Shown here: one piece after another, positions 62,377 to 64,000 of the stretch | Layout of the letters: each line of letters starts with the position of its first letter | How positions within the stretch are numbered: the first letter of the stretch is position 1 | Sequence record: PP886228 | Length of the DNA stretch: 64,000 bases | DNA from: Escherichia phage vB_EcoM_D4 | Reading direction: 5' to 3' (one strand) | Translations under genes and position numbers: made by a program | Notes under the pieces: generated by a model | Databases searched by the model: none | What the model was told of the DNA's origin: nothing | Seen by the model: only the letters and a program-made list of their open reading frames with translations

Positions 62377-62640
62377 ATGGAAAACGTAGAATTAACCGCA
62401 CTATTGCAGATTGCAACTGATAAAGAGGATGTAGCACTGTTCCACCGCATTGAAAGCGATTTGTTCAATGGTGAAATCATTAAAGAATCTTACGAAGTTG
62501 TCGGATTCAAAGATGGTAAATCATTTGGATTCTTTGACCTCGACAAAGGCAAAGCGGTTACAAAATATGATGTTTTATCTTGTGAGATTCTGACAAAATA
62601 CAACGAAAAAAGGCTTGCAACATACGACAACATGCAGTAA
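62377..62640 (+). CDS. array gene 13, hypothetical
   Basis: 87 aa. Confidence 0.45.
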   Translation: MENVELTALLQIATDKEDVALFHRIESDLFNGEIIKESYEVVGFKDGKSFGFFDLDKGKAVTKYDVLSCEILTKYNEKRLATYDNMQ

Positions 62641-62672
62641 ATTACTAATCAACGGGGAGGGATAACCTCCCC
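62615..62672 (+). promoter_or_regulatory. class-A promoter plus leader hairpin
   Basis: TTGCAA, 17 bp, TAAATT, atcaacggggaggg ataa cctcccc. Confidence 0.5.
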
Positions 62673-62706
62673 ACTAAGTAAAGTCCTTAAACTAGGAGAT
62701 TCAAAA

Positions 62707-62955
62707 ATGGCAACTATCCGCGCAACTGTCAATGCTTATGGCTGTTATACTCTGGACGTTAAATTTGATATTGGTGGAACTGATGAGTGTTTTTCATTAG
62801 TGAAGACAGTTATCAAGCAAGTTATCCCAGATTATAACCCTACTGATGACTTCTGGAAAGATGCTGTAAAAGAGGCATTAAACGACGAGCATCACTATCA
62901 TTACTGGGGTGACTTGATTATCTCACTGTACTACAATAAACAAGGTTACAACTAA
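62707..62955 (+). CDS. array gene 14, hypothetical
   Basis: 82 aa. Confidence 0.45.
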   Translation: MATIRATVNAYGCYTLDVKFDIGGTDECFSLVKTVIKQVIPDYNPTDDFWKDAVKEALNDEHHYHYWGDLIISLYYNKQGYN

Positions 62956-62965
62956 TCGCCGCAAC

Positions 62966-63017
62966 GGGGCTAAATAGCCCCAGATACCTTCACAGCCCCA
63001 TTTAAGGGGCTTTTTTA
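62966..63017 (+). terminator. double hairpin terminator closing the array
   Basis: ggggctaaatagcccc then agcccca ttt aaggggct followed by TTTTTT. Confidence 0.6.
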
Positions 63018-63369
63018 CGTCTATGTAATAGCCTCTATACAATCCCTTTCCTTTCCTTTCCAGAATCTTACTAGACCTTAAAAGCAATAACTCTATAGTC
63101 TACTCTATAATCTCTTATCAAATCAACTTAAATAAAAGCCCATAACCCGAAAGGGAAGGGTAACCGTTTAAACGCTCTATAAAGCTCTATAACAGCCTTA
63201 TCAACCTAACTTAAGGGATTGCATTAACTCACCCTAAAAAGCCCTTTATAAAGCTTCCTAGAGCCTTAAAAGAATCTTATAAGGGTGTAAGCTTTATTAT
63301 CTCGTTAGTTCCTTGTGAATAACTAGAAAGGGCTTGTTAGTGTCTTAAAAGTATGTTATAGGGGCTATA

Positions 63370-63413
63370 AAGTTACTTCAAAGTTACGTAAAAGTGGTTT
63401 AAAAGTTACGTAA
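63370..63413. repeat. repeated palindromic GTTACGTAA motif
   Basis: aagttac x3, with two full copies of aagttacgtaaa 22 bp apart. Confidence 0.5.
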
Positions 63414-63433
63414 ATGCTAGCCCCCTTAACATT

Positions 63434-63515
63434 TTCTTAACAATTTCTTAACAACCCCTACATAGTTATGCTTGTTAGCAACTTGTTAGCCCCTTGTTAA
63501 ATCTCTGTTAAAACC
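63434..63515. repeat. convergent TGTTAAG-family iterons
   Basis: ttcttaaca x2 (inverted orientation) facing cttgttagc, cttgttagc, cttgttaaa, ctgttaaaa. Confidence 0.55.
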
Positions 63516-63715
63516 ACGTAAAAGCCTTGTAAGAGTCTTTAGCATAGCCTTTAAAGCCCCTGTAAAGCCCTATAAATAGCTTTCTGTATAGTTGGGGTGT
63601 AATTACTAGGGAGAGACTAAAAAGAGCTTATAAGGAGCTATAGAAAGCTTTTAAGAGGGCTATTTAAAAGGTCACTAAGAAAGGAAAGGGAACGATAAGA
63701 AAAGAGATAGTGACC

Positions 63716-64000
63716 ATGTTAATAGCTTGTTAAAAAGATTAAACACTTGTTAGGAACTTGTTAATTATCTTAACAAAATAACTCTTTAAAATTAACTTGT
63801 TAGCTCTTGTTAGTCATCTGTTAAGATTCTATAAAGACCATGTAGCAACTGTTAAGAAACTGTTACACCCTTGTTAGTTCTGTTAAGAATCTGTTAAGAC
63901 CTCTGAAGAGATGTTAAGAGGTTGTAAGAACTGTTAAGAGATTGTTAAGGATATTTTAAAATTCTGCAAAGGGGATGTTACAGGGATGTTAAGGGCTACC
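63716..64000 (+). repeat. direct iteron array, consensus YTGTTAAG at about 10-11 bp spacing (runs to window end)
   Basis: About 20 copies: cttgttag, cttgttaat, tctgttaag, actgttaag, gatgttaag, attgttaag, gatgttac ... Confidence 0.7.

Noticed and set aside
56829-63017. Possible CRISPR array, because of regularly recurring near-identical 60-90 bp elements
   Set aside because: The intervening 'spacers' are 200-540 bp protein-coding ORFs with RBS and start codons, repeats are promoter/hairpin/RBS modules of two classes, and no cas genes are present.
63040-64000. Hidden protein-coding gene in the 1-kb terminal region
   Set aside because: Stops are frequent in all six frames and the sequence is dominated by short iterated motifs.

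Overview
The window reads as a contiguous stretch of a virulent contractile-tailed (myovirus-type) phage genome, not a bacterial chromosome. Four blocks are visible. (1) 1-15.2 kb, + strand: late tail morphogenesis module (sheath, tube, chaperone pair with a candidate -1 frameshift, tape measure, baseplate/spike/wedge proteins, two tail fibres with His-rich tips), closed by a bidirectional terminator. (2) 15.2-26.0 kb, - strand: early/replication block (thymidylate synthase, DHFR, ATP-dependent DNA ligase, family-A DNA polymerase, many small ORFs), interrupted by unusual intergenic repeat modules. (3) 26.3-56.4 kb, + strand: DNA and nucleotide metabolism (dNMP kinase, T7-like primase-helicase, SSB, 5'-3' exonuclease, aerobic and anaerobic ribonucleotide reductases, PRPP-synthetase-like and NAMPT-like enzymes, rIIA/rIIB-like proteins, lysis genes, macro-domain protein) with free-standing homing endonucleases. 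(4) 56.4-64.0 kb: a repeat-rich regulatory region, an array of about 14 small genes each preceded by a conserved promoter/stem-loop/RBS module, then about 1 kb of non-coding DNA packed with iteron-like repeats. Gene content resembles Felix O1-like phages, but that is recall only; no search was run. All functional calls rest on motifs read by eye and gene order; coordinates of CDS come from the supplied ORF track, adjusted where an internal start with a better RBS is evident. The most novel-looking candidates are the period-5 CC repeat modules (18.8-20.6 kb), the small-gene cassette array with covarying hairpins (56.8-63.0 kb), the TGTTAAG iteron field (63.3-64.0 kb) and the PRPP-synthetase/NAMPT pair.
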